This document shows, piece by piece, positions 50,394-61,300 of a stretch of 64,000 bases of DNA; position 1 is the first letter of the stretch, and each line of letters opens with the position of its first letter. Origin of the DNA: an uncultured Acidobacteriota bacterium (lineage in GTDB: Bacteria; Acidobacteriota; Thermoanaerobaculia; Gp7-AA8); the NCBI GenBank assembly GCA_963822445.1, contig CAWGHO010000002.1:2176001-2240000 (forward strand), read 5' to 3'. The translations under genes were made by a program, and so were the position numbers. The notes beneath the pieces were generated by a model, which was given only the letters and a program-made list of their open reading frames with translations, searched no databases and had not been told where the DNA came from.

Positions 50394-50593
50394 GCCTAAC
50401 TACTGCCAGGAGCTGTCGGCGGGCCGTTTGCCGCGCCCGGCGCTGAAGCGCCTCGTTCGGCGTTGAATGGCCGGCGGCACGCCGGCCGACATGCTCTCGC
50501 GCCGCTGATCGCGGCGCGACTTGCTGCAGCCGTCGCGCCGCGCACCCGCTTGCACGTGAGGCCTCGCCGCAGCTCAGGCGATAGACGTTAGCC
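50394..50593 (+). repeat. attC site 42 (last)
   Basis: GCCTAAC...GTTAGCC. Confidence 0.9.
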
Positions 50594-50617
50594 CGACCGA
50601 CGAAGAACGCTCCGAGA

Positions 50618-51610
50618 TCACGAATGTTCCCGCAGATATCGCCGTGTTGCAGGAGTCATGTTGATTTGTGAGGTCACGTACTCGGCGTCCAGGTTGCGGC
50701 TATGCATCACGAGGTTCTTAGCGATAAGGAAGCTCAGCGCCGGGTTTAGCCTGCGAGGAGACCAACCAAGTCGGGGAGCGAGCTCAAACATCTGCGCCGA
50801 CTCGTTCGGGGAATTCACCACCTCCGCAGCGACACGAACCGCATCCTTCGTAACCTCCCAACCCATGACTACCGGATCGATCAGCCAGAAAAGCAGCTCC
50901 GTCGCCTCTACGGTCAGGTAGCCGAATGGGCGGGCACCGATTACGTGTCGCGGCTTCAGGAGCCGCGCGTCTTCCAACTCGCTGATCGCGTCGATCAGAT
51001 GCTCATCCGCGGCTCCAGTCAACCGTTGCAACTCAACGACCTCCAAGCTAGATCCACTCGAGGAACGACCACTAGTCGAAAGCTTCGCAAAAAGTTCCGC
51101 TAGCCGCGCCGCGAGCGGTGAAAGACCAGCACTGCGGCCCCAGGTCGGCGGGAGTTCCGCCGAAGCGACCACAGGCGGTCGCCGACTCACGCCCTTAATA
51201 TCCTCAATCAGGACGTGAATATCCCTTCCGTAGTCAACGATCTCGGGAGATCGCAGGGGCGCGAGAAGCGGCGGCAGCCGTTGAATTGGCAATTGATATC
51301 GGAGCGGGATCAGCAATCCCTGGCCGGCAACCTTGCGAACGAAGGCGGCATCGATTTCAGCGTTCACCCACGGCTTTGCGAGACTTTTATCGGTTAGCAG
51401 AACAACAACGTGAGTTGACACCGCGAGCCCCTCATCAATACGCGCACGAACACTCTGACCCGCAGTGATGTCCCATTCGTCGAAGAACGTCTCGATACCG
51501 GCGCCGTGAAGGTCTGTAGCAATCCGGCGCGCCAGATCCTTGTCTTCCGAGGCATGACACATAAAGACGAAGTATCGGCTTACCGCTGCATGCTCCGATG
51601 TCTGGCTCAC
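50618..51610 (-). CDS. TIR-domain protein with winged-helix-like C-terminus
   Basis: VFMCHASEDK, FFDEWDI and KPWVNAEI motifs; GTG 51610 (the longer ORF runs into IS30). Confidence 0.85.
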   Translation of the reverse strand: MSQTSEHAAVSRYFVFMCHASEDKDLARRIATDLHGAGIETFFDEWDITAGQSVRARIDEGLAVSTHVVVLLTDKSLAKPWVNAEIDAAFVRKVAGQGLLIPLRYQLPIQRLPPLLAPLRSPEIVDYGRDIHVLIEDIKGVSRRPPVVASAELPPTWGRSAGLSPLAARLAELFAKLSTSGRSSSGSSLEVVELQRLTGAADEHLIDAISELEDARLLKPRHVIGARPFGYLTVEATELLFWLIDPVVMGWEVTKDAVRVAAEVVNSPNESAQMFELAPRLGWSPRRLNPALSFLIAKNLVMHSRNLDAEYVTSQINMTPATRRYLREHS

Positions 51611-51667
51611 GGGCCTATTATCGCATTTAGTCGAGCCGAGCGGACCGCGGGTCGGCACAGGCGGCTT

Positions 51668-52927
51668 GAGTTCAAGATTGAACTGCAACACTGACGTTCC
51701 GGTATAGTACGACGGTTGTTGATTGTGTGGCAGCGTTCCGGCACGGCCGGAAAGCCCCGCTTTCCGGCATAGCTGCAGCGAACCGTAACGGAGCGGACAG
51801 TCACGCGAAGGGCCGGAGCGAAGCGGAGGAGGCGCGTGAGCGCCTTGATTGTCGGCGCAGTGGAGGTTATTCGGGATCAGGCCACGTCGAAGTGAGCGGC
51901 AAGACACTCGAGAGGTGTTCGGAACCCGTGTCGCTTCCTCGGCCGGTTGTTCAAAGCGGCCGCGATCGCGTTGCATCGCTCTTGGGTGAGCCGCTTCATC
52001 GAAGTTCGCTTCGGGAGGTACTGGCGAATGAGCCCATTCGTGTTCTCGTTCGTTCCGCGCTCCCACGACGAGTAGGGATTGGCGAAGTACACGGTCACTC
52101 CGGTCGCCTCTTCAATGTCCCGGTAGCTGTGAAACTCAGGACCGTTGTCTACCGTGATGGTGAGGAACAGCTCGGGATATGCCTGGATCAGTTCGATGAC
52201 TCGTCGATTGAGGTCAACCGCACGCCGGTAACGGAGCTTGCCGACCAGGGTCACGCCGGTAACGCGTTCAACGATGGTGACGACGCAGTGCTGGTCGGAT
52301 GCACCGATGACGATATCCATCTCCCAGTGTCCGATCTCCTGCCGTGACTCAACGGCCGCCGGACGCTCCGAGATGTGCCGTTTGCCCAGGAGGCGGCCCC
52401 GCTTCTCCACAGTTGCGTAGCGCTTGCGGTAGCGCATCGGCTGGCGGAGATGCTTCCAGAGACTTCCGCCGTCGTCTTTGTTCGCCTTCACGTAGGTGTA
52501 GATCGTCTGGTGGCTGATCTCGATCACATCCAGCAGCTTCAGCCAACCGCTGATCTGTTCGGGATTGAACTTTTCGCGAAGGAGCGTGTCGACGACGCCC
52601 CACTCGGCAGGTCCAAAGTGGCTGTTGCGTCGAGAACGGGAGCGCCGGCCGTTGGTTCGCTCCTGGGCCTTGGTGTAGCGGTACGCACCGTCGTGCCTTG
52701 CGCAGTTGCGATGAAACTCACGTCCGATTGTGCTGCGGTGACGGCCCAGGATGCGAGCCATCGCCGCGTTGGACAGTCCCTGCCTCCGGAGCAGGCCGAG
52801 GGTGTATCGTTCAGCGGGGGTGATCTGGGTGTATGACACGACGAATCCCTTCTTGGCGGAAGATTTCGTCAGTGTTTCAGATCGCCCCTTCTTTCAAAAG
52901 CGCGTGTTGCACTTACCTCTTGAATTC
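51668..52927 (-). mobile_element. IS30-family element
   Basis: IRs GAGTTCAAGATTGAACTGCAACAC / GAATTCAAGAGGTAAGTGCAACAC; flanking direct repeat GCGGCTT. Confidence 0.9.
51877..52839 (-). CDS. IS30-family transposase
   Basis: LGRHRSTIGRE, GHWEMD, DNGPEF and WERGTNENTNGLIRQYLPK motifs. Confidence 0.95.
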   Translation of the reverse strand: MSYTQITPAERYTLGLLRRQGLSNAAMARILGRHRSTIGREFHRNCARHDGAYRYTKAQERTNGRRSRSRRNSHFGPAEWGVVDTLLREKFNPEQISGWLKLLDVIEISHQTIYTYVKANKDDGGSLWKHLRQPMRYRKRYATVEKRGRLLGKRHISERPAAVESRQEIGHWEMDIVIGASDQHCVVTIVERVTGVTLVGKLRYRRAVDLNRRVIELIQAYPELFLTITVDNGPEFHSYRDIEEATGVTVYFANPYSSWERGTNENTNGLIRQYLPKRTSMKRLTQERCNAIAAALNNRPRKRHGFRTPLECLAAHFDVA

Positions 52928-53056
52928 GCGGCTTGCTATTGCCGGGGAATCCTGGCACGGTGAGGAACACTTCACTAAACCTGTTCGCGAGAAACGTGGA
53001 TACCGATCGGGGTCCAGTCAACGCCGTAGCGACGGACCGTAGCGCGTCGCCGCCGC

Positions 53057-55693
53057 TCATCCCTTCTCGAGCACTGCCACCGGCAGCGTCGCGAACACGT
53101 TTCGGAGTGCGCCGTCCTCGACTTCTTCATCGGTAAGCACGTTGCGCCAGCGACCCTCGATAGCGATTCTTGTGTCGCGCCAGGCATCTCCCAGTGGGAT
53201 TGCGGGGGGGCGGGTGAGGCGGGTGGTGAGGCGGGGGACGGCGACCACGATGTCGGTGCCGCGGGCGAAGGCGATGCAGTTGGGGCCGGCGTCGAGGGGG
53301 CGGTAGTTTTCTCCGCGGAAGGTGTCGATGTGGCGGGCGCGCGCGGCGAGAACGCGGGCGGTTACGAAGAGCTTGATCCGGCCGTCGGTCCAGTTTCGTA
53401 GGAGCGCGGGGGGCGGGGGGAGATCGCGAAGCATTGCTGTCCGTTTTTCATAGTCGACGGGGCGGCGGTTATCGGGGTCGACCAGGCTGAAGTCCCATAG
53501 CTCACTGCCCTGGTAGAAATCGGGGACTCCGGGGGATGTTGCTTTGAGGACCACCTGCGACAGTGAGTTGAGAAAGCCGTGGAATGCTACCCGCTTCTGT
53601 AATTGGCGAAACGAAGTCATGAACGGGCGGTGCTCGAGAATGGCGTCTGCGAAATCCTTTAGCGCGTTCTCGTAATCTTCATGCGGCTCGAGCCAGCTCG
53701 TGTACGTTTTGGCCTCGCGCGCGGCCTTTTCCAGATACGCTTTTAGGCGATCGGCGACGCCGGCTTCTTCGGCCGGGTCGAGGGGCCACATGCCGATGAG
53801 GGTCTGGTAAATCAGCAACTCTTCGTTCGGATGTGGAACGCCATTGCGCTTCAAAGGCGCGTTCATGCGCGCCCACTTCTTCACTTCGCGCTGCCAGACA
53901 TCCGGAATTTCAGACAGGACGCTGATCCGCGCGCGCACATCCTCGGCGCGCTTCGTGTCGTGCGTCGAGGTTGCGTTCATCGTGTGCGGCCACGCCTGAC
54001 CGATCTCGTGATTGCGCTCATGAAACTGCGCCACCGGATCGAAGTCCGCACCGCGTCCGGGCTCGCTACCCACCTCGTTCAATGAAAGCAGGCGGTTGTA
54101 GTTGTAGAACGCGGTGTCCTCGACGCCTTTGGCCATCACTCGGCCGGTGAATTGCTGCCATTTCATGACGAACTCGAGCCACTTGTCGCGCTCGTTCGCG
54201 ATGTACGCCGGTGGCTCGAGCAACAGCACGAGCTCGAGGAAACGGAACAATCTCGAATCGACACCACGCGCCCGGCCCCGAGCCTCGGCAATGGCGCGGC
54301 GGATGAACGCGCGATCCATCTCCTCGACTTCGCCGCCGCGCATGTACGTGCGATAGACAGGCATGCATGCCGTGATCTCGAGCAGCGCGGCCTGCAATTC
54401 GCTCGGCGCGAAGTCGCGCGCGTTCCGGTCTGCGACGGCGAGCTCGCCGAGGTTCAGGGCGAGGGCGCGCATCTCGCCGGAGAAGAGTTGATCGACGGCC
54501 TGTTTCTTCCGTTCGTAAACCACGTCCTCGAACGGTGCGTTGAGCCCTGTAAACGAGTGATACAGCTCGGTGAGTTGACCGAGCCCCTCGGGATCGATGA
54601 ACACAGCGTTCACGATGTCGAGAAAGTCATACCCGGTCGTTCCGGCGACGCGGAACGTGGATGGCAGCGGCTCGCCGGCGCCGAGTATTTTCTCGACGAC
54701 GACATAAAACGGATCGGGATCACCGAAGCGCAACTGGAGCTTGGTGAGATACGCGACCGGATCGAAGAGGCCGTCGATGTGATCGATCCGGAGTCCGGTG
54801 ATCTTGTTCTCGGTGATGAGATCGAGAACGCGGCGATTGCGCATCTCGAATACTTCCGGATTCTCGACACGGACACCGACGAGGTCCGTCACGTCGAAAA
54901 AGCGGCGGTAGTTGATGGTCTCGCTGGCCGTGCGCCAGTAGGCGATGCGGTACCACTGTGCGTCGATGACCTTGTCGAGCAGGTCGAAGTCGGCGTTGAT
55001 GCGAGCCGTGACATCGGCGAGAGCCCGGCGGAAATCCTCGGATTGCTCGTGCAGCCGCCAGAGCGTTTCCTTCAGAAACTTACTGTTCGCGATCGCCCCC
55101 TCGTTGTCGACCAGCTCGCGCAGCTCAATGCCGACGCCTTCCACGGTCAGACAATCGACGCAGTCGCGCAGAACGTGATGATACGACTGCGGCGAGAGCG
55201 GCAGGCGCTTGTCGTAATAGGAGAAGAAGAAGCCATCAGCGTCGTAGCCAAGCTGAATTTCGCCGGATTCCAATGTCTCGCCGTATGGACGCCCAAGAAT
55301 CGGCAGCAGCAGCTTGTTTCCGCTCCAGTCGATGTCGAAGTAGTGCACGAACCGCGAGTGCCGTCCGTTCTCGAGCACGCTCATCCACCAGGCGTTCTCG
55401 TGGCTCGCGGCCATGTGGTTGGGGACGATGTCGAGCACCAGGCCCATTTCCAGGCGCGCGAGCTCTCCGGTCAGTGCGGTGAAGTCATCCTCATTGCCGA
55501 GGTCGGGATTGAGCATCGTGGCGTCGACGATGTCGTATCCGTGCGTGCTTCCTTTGCGAGGGCGAAGGATGGGCGACGAGTAGATATCAGTGATGCTCAG
55601 TTCGGAAAGATACGCCGCGATTTTCCGCGCGTCCTGAAACGTGAACTGCGCATTGAACTGCAGGCGGTAGGTCGAGACCGGAATGCGAGACAT
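53057..55693 (-). CDS. treY: Malto-oligosyltrehalose synthase
   Basis: STYRLQ, GSTHGYD, DIVPNHM, GLRIDHIDGL, AKGVEDT and STHDTKR motifs. Confidence 0.95.
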   Translation of the reverse strand: MSRIPVSTYRLQFNAQFTFQDARKIAAYLSELSITDIYSSPILRPRKGSTHGYDIVDATMLNPDLGNEDDFTALTGELARLEMGLVLDIVPNHMAASHENAWWMSVLENGRHSRFVHYFDIDWSGNKLLLPILGRPYGETLESGEIQLGYDADGFFFSYYDKRLPLSPQSYHHVLRDCVDCLTVEGVGIELRELVDNEGAIANSKFLKETLWRLHEQSEDFRRALADVTARINADFDLLDKVIDAQWYRIAYWRTASETINYRRFFDVTDLVGVRVENPEVFEMRNRRVLDLITENKITGLRIDHIDGLFDPVAYLTKLQLRFGDPDPFYVVVEKILGAGEPLPSTFRVAGTTGYDFLDIVNAVFIDPEGLGQLTELYHSFTGLNAPFEDVVYERKKQAVDQLFSGEMRALALNLGELAVADRNARDFAPSELQAALLEITACMPVYRTYMRGGEVEEMDRAFIRRAIAEARGRARGVDSRLFRFLELVLLLEPPAYIANERDKWLEFVMKWQQFTGRVMAKGVEDTAFYNYNRLLSLNEVGSEPGRGADFDPVAQFHERNHEIGQAWPHTMNATSTHDTKRAEDVRARISVLSEIPDVWQREVKKWARMNAPLKRNGVPHPNEELLIYQTLIGMWPLDPAEEAGVADRLKAYLEKAAREAKTYTSWLEPHEDYENALKDFADAILEHRPFMTSFRQLQKRVAFHGFLNSLSQVVLKATSPGVPDFYQGSELWDFSLVDPDNRRPVDYEKRTAMLRDLPPPPALLRNWTDGRIKLFVTARVLAARARHIDTFRGENYRPLDAGPNCIAFARGTDIVVAVPRLTTRLTRPPAIPLGDAWRDTRIAIEGRWRNVLTDEEVEDGALRNVFATLPVAVLEKG

Positions 55694-57579
55694 CAACTCC
55701 CCGCGGACCACAACGCGAACGAATTCGGAGGAAGCGTCAACTGATCGCCTGCGATCATCGCGCCGGTATCGAGCAGCGATTCCCATTTGACGCCGCTGAA
55801 CGGCATACGCACGTGCTCTTCCTTGTCGCTGAAGTTGAAGGCGAGTAGGGTCTGCTGGCGCTTGATGAGAAGCACGCGGTGGTCGTCATCGGCGTGAACC
55901 TCTACCTTGTCGAGGTCGAGATCGCGGAGCGCCGGGATATCGCGCCGAAACGCCAGCAATTCCTTGTAAAGCCGTCGCAGAGAGGCGTGCTCTTCGCGTT
56001 GCGCGAGACTCCAGTTCAATTTCGAGGCGTTGAACGTCTGCTCGTCATGTGGGTCGGGCGGCTCACCTTCCCAGGTGAAATCGTCGAACTCCTCGCGGCG
56101 GCCCTTGCGCACAGCTTCGATCAGATCCGCGTCCGAATGCGATGTGAAGTACTGGAACGGCGCCGTCTCGCCGTACTCCTCGCCCATGAACAGCATGGGG
56201 ATGAACGGCGAGAGGATGATCGCCGCCGCGGCCTGGCGCACCTTTTCGACCGAGACGATGCTCGGCAAGCGCTCCCCGGTCATGCGATTGCCCACCTGAT
56301 CGTGGTTCTGCGACGAGATCACGAACTGCGCGCCGTCACGCGTCTTCGGCTTCAAACCGTACTTGCGGCCGCGGTAGGTCGAATGCTGGCCGACGTACAG
56401 GTAGCCATCCTTCAGAACACGGGCGAGGTTGCTGACGAGCGGCGGGAACCCTTCGTAATAGCCGTCCTGCTCGCCGGTGAGCAGGGTGTGCAAAGAGTGA
56501 TGAAAGTCGTCCGCCCACTGCGTGTCGAATCCAAGGCCGTAGTCCACTTTTGGGGTAATCACGCGAGGGTCGTTCAGATCGCTTTCGGCAATCGTGTAAA
56601 TCCGCCGGCCAAGTTTTCCAGCGCGATCACACACGGCGGTGGTCAGGTCCTGCAGGAACGGCTCAGCGGAGTGATCGACGATCGCGTGAACGGCATCGAC
56701 GCGTAATCCATCGAAGTGAAACTCGTCGATCCACTGCAGCGCGTTGTGAATGAAAAACCAGCGCACGTCGTCACTGAAGGGACCGTCGAAATTGAGCGCG
56801 AGTCCCCACGGGGTTTTGTAGCGATCGGTAAAGTACGGCCCGTACTGGGCGAGGTAGTTTCCTTCGGGGCCGAGGTGGTTGTAGACGACGTCGAGGACGA
56901 TGGCCATGCCGCGCTGATGGCAGGCATCGACCAACCGCTTGAGCGCGCGCGGTCCGCCGTAGGAATTTTGTGCGGCGCCGACGTACGTTCCGTCGTATCC
57001 CCAGTTCCGCGAACCGGGAAATTGCGCGACCGGAAGAAGCTCGACCGCTGTAATTCCAAGATCCTTCAGATCGTCGAGACGTGCAATTGCGGCATCGAAC
57101 GTCCCTTCGGTTGTGAACGTGCCGATATGCAACTCGTAAACGACGTAATCCTCGAGCGCGACGCCGGTCCAACCGCGATCGTGCCACTCGAAGTCACTTC
57201 CGACCACGGCCGAAGCCTGATGCACGCCGTCAGGTTGATGGCGCGACGCGGGATCGGGACGTTCATCACCGCCGTCCAGAACGAACAGATAGCGCGTTCC
57301 CTCCGGACAATCGTCGACGACGGCTTCGTGATAGCCATTCTTCTCTGACAGCGGTACTCGTCGTTCATTCGGCGCGACGATGTGGAGCTCCACTGAATCG
57401 CGTTGCGGCGCCCAGACGCGGAACTCGCATCGATTGCCTGACTGCAGAATCGCACCGAGCGGCAAACCGAATGGTGAGGAGGATTTGTGATGACCGTCGG
57501 CCGGCGGAAACGTCTCCCGGCCAGGGATGGAGCTTGCGTCGACGTCTGCCCGATCAGACAAAGACGGCCACCTCTGCAT
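55693..57579 (-). CDS. treZ: Malto-oligosyltrehalose trehalohydrolase (start uncertain)
   Basis: [33 protein letters not shown] and QNHDQVGNR motifs. Confidence 0.95.
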   Translation of the reverse strand: MQRWPSLSDRADVDASSIPGRETFPPADGHHKSSSPFGLPLGAILQSGNRCEFRVWAPQRDSVELHIVAPNERRVPLSEKNGYHEAVVDDCPEGTRYLFVLDGGDERPDPASRHQPDGVHQASAVVGSDFEWHDRGWTGVALEDYVVYELHIGTFTTEGTFDAAIARLDDLKDLGITAVELLPVAQFPGSRNWGYDGTYVGAAQNSYGGPRALKRLVDACHQRGMAIVLDVVYNHLGPEGNYLAQYGPYFTDRYKTPWGLALNFDGPFSDDVRWFFIHNALQWIDEFHFDGLRVDAVHAIVDHSAEPFLQDLTTAVCDRAGKLGRRIYTIAESDLNDPRVITPKVDYGLGFDTQWADDFHHSLHTLLTGEQDGYYEGFPPLVSNLARVLKDGYLYVGQHSTYRGRKYGLKPKTRDGAQFVISSQNHDQVGNRMTGERLPSIVSVEKVRQAAAAIILSPFIPMLFMGEEYGETAPFQYFTSHSDADLIEAVRKGRREEFDDFTWEGEPPDPHDEQTFNASKLNWSLAQREEHASLRRLYKELLAFRRDIPALRDLDLDKVEVHADDDHRVLLIKRQQTLLAFNFSDKEEHVRMPFSGVKWESLLDTGAMIAGDQLTLPPNSFALWSAGS

Positions 57580-59806
57580 TTTCTTCGACGTCAGCCTCCG
57601 CAGCCGCCGGTTCGGCGTCGGCCATCAGAAACACAGCGCCGAGCGGTGGAATGGTCAATGTGACCGACCAGCGCCGGCCGTGAAGGGGAATCGGGACGGC
57701 ATCGAGGCCGCCCATGTTTCCCTGACCGCTGCCGCCGTAAAGCGTGGCGTCGCTGTTCAGAATCTCGCGCCAATGGCCGCCGCGTGGCATACCGACCTGA
57801 TAGTTGTGCCGCGGCTTCGGCGTGAAATTCATCACAATCGCGACCATCTCCTCGGGCCGCGACTTCGATCGCCGGATCAAGCTGACGACGCTGTTCTCCG
57901 AATCGCAACAGTCGATCCATTCGAAACCGTCGTGAGACATGTCCAGCTCGTGCAATGCGGGCACGTCCCGATAGGCCTTGTTCAAGTCCTCGAGCCAGCG
58001 GCGCGCGCCTTCGTGATGCACGTCGTCGAGCAGATGCCAGTCGAGACCGGCGTCGTGATTCCACTCGCGTCGCTGCCCGAATTCACTGCCCATGAACACG
58101 AGCTTCTTGCCCGGATTCGCGTACATGTGCGCGAAGAGCAGCCGCAGGTTCGCGAAGCGCTGCCAGTCGTCGCCGGGCATTTTTCCGAACAGCGAGCCTT
58201 TGCCGTGAACGACTTCGTCATGCGAGATGGGCAGCACGAAATTTTCGGTGAAGGCGTACATCATCCGGAAGGTGAGGTCATTGTGGTGATAGCGGCGGTG
58301 CACGGGATCCTTGGAGAAGTACCGCAGGGTGTCGTGCATCCAGCCCATGTCCCATTTCATGCCGAAGCCGAGACCGCCGACATACGTCGGCCGCGAGACC
58401 ATCGGCCACGCCGTCGACTCCTCGGCGATGACCTGCACATCGGGGTGAACCTTGTAGACGTCCTCGTTCAGACGGCGGAAAAAGGAGATGGCCTCGACGT
58501 TTTCCCGTCCGCCGAACTCGTTCGGAATCCACTCGCCGGCCTTGCGGGAGTAATCGAGGTAGAGCATTGACGCGACCGCATCAACGCGCAATCCATCGGC
58601 GTGGTACTCGTCGAGCCAGTACAACGCGCTCGACAGCAGGAACGAGCGCACTTCATTGCGTCCGTAATTGAAGATCAGCGAGTTCCAGTCGGGATGAAAT
58701 CCCTTGCGCGGATCGGCGTGCTCGAACAGATGCGTGCCGTCGAAATAGGCCAGTCCGTGCTCGTCGGTGGGGAAGTGCGACGGAACCCAATCGAGAATCA
58801 CGCCGATATCGTGCTGGTGCAGCGTGTCGACGAGGTATTTGAAATCCTGCGGCGTGCCGAAGCGGCTGGTAGGCGCGAAAAAGCCCGTGCCCTGGTATCC
58901 CCACGAGCCGTAAAACGGGTGCTCCATCACCGGCATCAGCTCGATGTGGGTGAAATTCATTTTCTTCACGTACTCGGCCAGCGGATGGGCGATCTCGCGG
59001 TAGCTCATCGATCGCCATTGCGCGCCGTCGTCGCTCGTGCGCAGCCATGATCCGAGGTGGACTTCGTAAATCGACATGGGCGCTTCGTAGCCGTTGCGCG
59101 CGCGCCGATTGTTCATCCATTCCGCGTCGTTCCATTCGTAATCGAGATCCCATACGATCGACGCGGTCTTGGGCGATACCTCGTGATGAATGCCGAAGGG
59201 ATCCGCTTTGTCGACGCGGAAGTTGTTGAACTTCGACACGATGTGAAACTTGTAGGTCGTGCTCTTGTGCAGGTCGGGGATGAAGCCCTCCCAGATTCCC
59301 GCTTCGCCAACCGTCTGCAACACGTTGGCTTCCGTGTTCCAGTCGTTGAAGTCGCCGATGACGCTGACGCGCTGCGCGTTCGGCGCCCAGACGCCGAAAA
59401 TCACGCCGCCGGGCACGATGTGCGCTCCGAGCTTCTGCCAGAGCTTGTGATGCGTGCCTTCGCTGAAGAGATGAAGATCCCAGTCGGCGATCAGCGACCG
59501 GACGTTTTCCTGATCCGGCTCGATCTGATCGATCGTGTGCTCGCGGATGGCGCGATGATCGATCACCGCATCCGCGGCCGCGACCGGCACATCCTCCACG
59601 GCTACGTCGACGTCGACGGCGACGCTCGGCACGATGTCCGCGCCGACGGTCTGGAGCTCTTCGACAATCTCTTCCGCTCGCGTTTTCTTCTTCGGTTCCG
59701 CTGGTTTTTTCGACGGCTCAGCAGTTGTTTTGGCTGTTACGCGCTTCTTCGGTGCCTTCGGGCTTTCTGCGCCCGCAGTGGTGTCCTTCTTTTTTCTTAC
59801 TGCCAT
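57554..59806 (-). CDS. glgB: 1,4-alpha-glucan branching enzyme
   Basis: [32 protein letters not shown] and SHDEVVHGK motifs. Confidence 0.97.
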   Translation of the reverse strand: MAVRKKKDTTAGAESPKAPKKRVTAKTTAEPSKKPAEPKKKTRAEEIVEELQTVGADIVPSVAVDVDVAVEDVPVAAADAVIDHRAIREHTIDQIEPDQENVRSLIADWDLHLFSEGTHHKLWQKLGAHIVPGGVIFGVWAPNAQRVSVIGDFNDWNTEANVLQTVGEAGIWEGFIPDLHKSTTYKFHIVSKFNNFRVDKADPFGIHHEVSPKTASIVWDLDYEWNDAEWMNNRRARNGYEAPMSIYEVHLGSWLRTSDDGAQWRSMSYREIAHPLAEYVKKMNFTHIELMPVMEHPFYGSWGYQGTGFFAPTSRFGTPQDFKYLVDTLHQHDIGVILDWVPSHFPTDEHGLAYFDGTHLFEHADPRKGFHPDWNSLIFNYGRNEVRSFLLSSALYWLDEYHADGLRVDAVASMLYLDYSRKAGEWIPNEFGGRENVEAISFFRRLNEDVYKVHPDVQVIAEESTAWPMVSRPTYVGGLGFGMKWDMGWMHDTLRYFSKDPVHRRYHHNDLTFRMMYAFTENFVLPISHDEVVHGKGSLFGKMPGDDWQRFANLRLLFAHMYANPGKKLVFMGSEFGQRREWNHDAGLDWHLLDDVHHEGARRWLEDLNKAYRDVPALHELDMSHDGFEWIDCCDSENSVVSLIRRSKSRPEEMVAIVMNFTPKPRHNYQVGMPRGGHWREILNSDATLYGGSGQGNMGGLDAVPIPLHGRRWSVTLTIPPLGAVFLMADAEPAAAEADVEENAEVAVFV

Positions 59807-59879
59807 GTCTTCCTTCGCCTGGGGGTAGACCCTGGGATGAACTTATTGCCCGCAGGCGAAGGAAAGCAAGCCGCGCGCC

Positions 59880-61280
59880 TCAGCGTGCGCGTTTGGAAAG
59901 TGCCGGCTGAATGACGCGTTCGCCAAGCGCTTCGGCCACCGGAGGGTCGATGTTGGCGAGCACGACGATCGTCGAATCGCCGTCGCTGACGACCACCGCG
60001 TTCACTCCCGGAGCGCCGCCGGCGAACGCGCCGGGCGCCTTCACGATGGACATGTTCTTGTCGTCGGCCGTCGGAACCGGAGCCCCGTAAAACCACCGCG
60101 TCCAGCCCGGCTTGAGCAGCCGATGCTGGCGAAGGGCGCGATCGAAGTTGAACAGATCGCGCGCGGTCGAATGGCTGCTGCCGGCCGACGCCCCGCGAAT
60201 CGGAAGACGCGGCGAGTTTTCCATCCACTCCGTCCCGCGCTCACCGGTGCCGGCAATCATCTGCGTATGTCCCATGGCCACGTCGGGAACGACTTTGTCC
60301 GACTCGAAGAAGCCCGAAGCGGTCATGCCCGCGGGATCGAAGATGTTGCGCTTCACGTAGTCGTAGTAGCTCTCGCCGCTGACGGCCTCGATGATCAGGC
60401 CGAGGACGATGTAGCCGTAGTTCGAGTAGCGGCGGTTCGTGCCGGGCTCGAACAGCAACGGATCGTCGGCGAAGATCGGGACGTAGTCGGCGAGCTTGCG
60501 CAGACGCATGCGCGACATCGCGAAGTACTCCGGAGTGAAGATGTCGCCGAGGCCGGAGGCATTCCTGACCAATTGCTCGATGGTCACGCGATCGCGAACG
60601 TCTTTATTCGGGTAGTCGGGCAGGTGCTTGGCGATCGTATCGGTGACCTTCAGCTTCCCGGCCTGGGCGAGCTGGCCGATCGCGACTTTCGTGAAGTCCT
60701 TCGTGATCGAGCCGATGTCGAATCGCGTGGTGATCTTGTTCGGCACGTTGAAACGCCGGCTGGCGAGGCCGTAAGCCTTCTCGAACTGGATCTCGTCGCC
60801 TTTCGCGATGAGTACGGCGCCGGAGAAGTCGATCTTCCTCAGATAGGCGTCGAGCGACGCGTTGAAATCGGCGCCGGGCTCGAACGGGGGAAGCGGCGAC
60901 TTCTCCTCTTCCTGGCCGTCATTCGCGTCGATCGACAGCATCACGATGCGGTTCGGCGGGTTGGGATCCATCTGGAAAGTGATCCGCAGCGGCTGGCCGC
61001 GCTCCGGTTGCACATCGATCTTCGCCGTGCCGCCGCGCATGCGAACCTGCCGGACGTCGAAGCGGCCGTGGTTCTGCCAGATCTGTTCGTACATTGCGCG
61101 GCGCTCGTCCGCGCTCCGGCGCTCGAGCAGGGACGGCGCGTAATTCGCGGTGGCGAACGCCTCCATCGTGGCCGCGGCGCCGCTGTTGTACGCGTCGATC
61201 CAGCGCTCGGGAACGCTCTGCGCCGACGCGCCGAAGGTGAGAAGGAGAATGGCGAACGTGAACGTGAGTGCGTGTCTCAT
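59880..61280 (-). CDS. Secreted serine hydrolase, beta-lactamase family
   Basis: Signal peptide; GSITK (SxxK) and YSN motifs. Confidence 0.9.
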   Translation of the reverse strand: MRHALTFTFAILLLTFGASAQSVPERWIDAYNSGAAATMEAFATANYAPSLLERRSADERRAMYEQIWQNHGRFDVRQVRMRGGTAKIDVQPERGQPLRITFQMDPNPPNRIVMLSIDANDGQEEEKSPLPPFEPGADFNASLDAYLRKIDFSGAVLIAKGDEIQFEKAYGLASRRFNVPNKITTRFDIGSITKDFTKVAIGQLAQAGKLKVTDTIAKHLPDYPNKDVRDRVTIEQLVRNASGLGDIFTPEYFAMSRMRLRKLADYVPIFADDPLLFEPGTNRRYSNYGYIVLGLIIEAVSGESYYDYVKRNIFDPAGMTASGFFESDKVVPDVAMGHTQMIAGTGERGTEWMENSPRLPIRGASAGSSHSTARDLFNFDRALRQHRLLKPGWTRWFYGAPVPTADDKNMSIVKAPGAFAGGAPGVNAVVVSDGDSTIVVLANIDPPVAEALGERVIQPALSKRAR

Positions 61281-61300
61281 GACGCCGTTTTACGAGCGCG

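Larger units (their letters stand above)
1..51660 (+). mobile_element. Large integron cassette array (superintegron/CALIN-type; integrase not in window)
   Basis: 42 imperfect palindromes bounded by GSCYAAC and GTTRGSC. ORFs often end in the TAA of the R'' box. Each cassette's R'' is complementary to the R' at its start in all but one checked case. Confidence 0.95.

Noticed and set aside
462-50593. Repeat-spacer pattern read as a CRISPR array
   Set aside because: Repeats are ~190 bp with attC R boxes, spacers are gene-sized, and no cas genes are present.
51611-52066. N-terminal extension of the 482-aa TIR ORF
   Set aside because: It runs into IS30 sequence; the likely start is GTG 51610.
59880-61280. 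Antibiotic-resistance beta-lactamase
   Set aside because: Only generic SxxK and YxN serine hydrolase motifs, in a chromosomal metabolic context outside the array.
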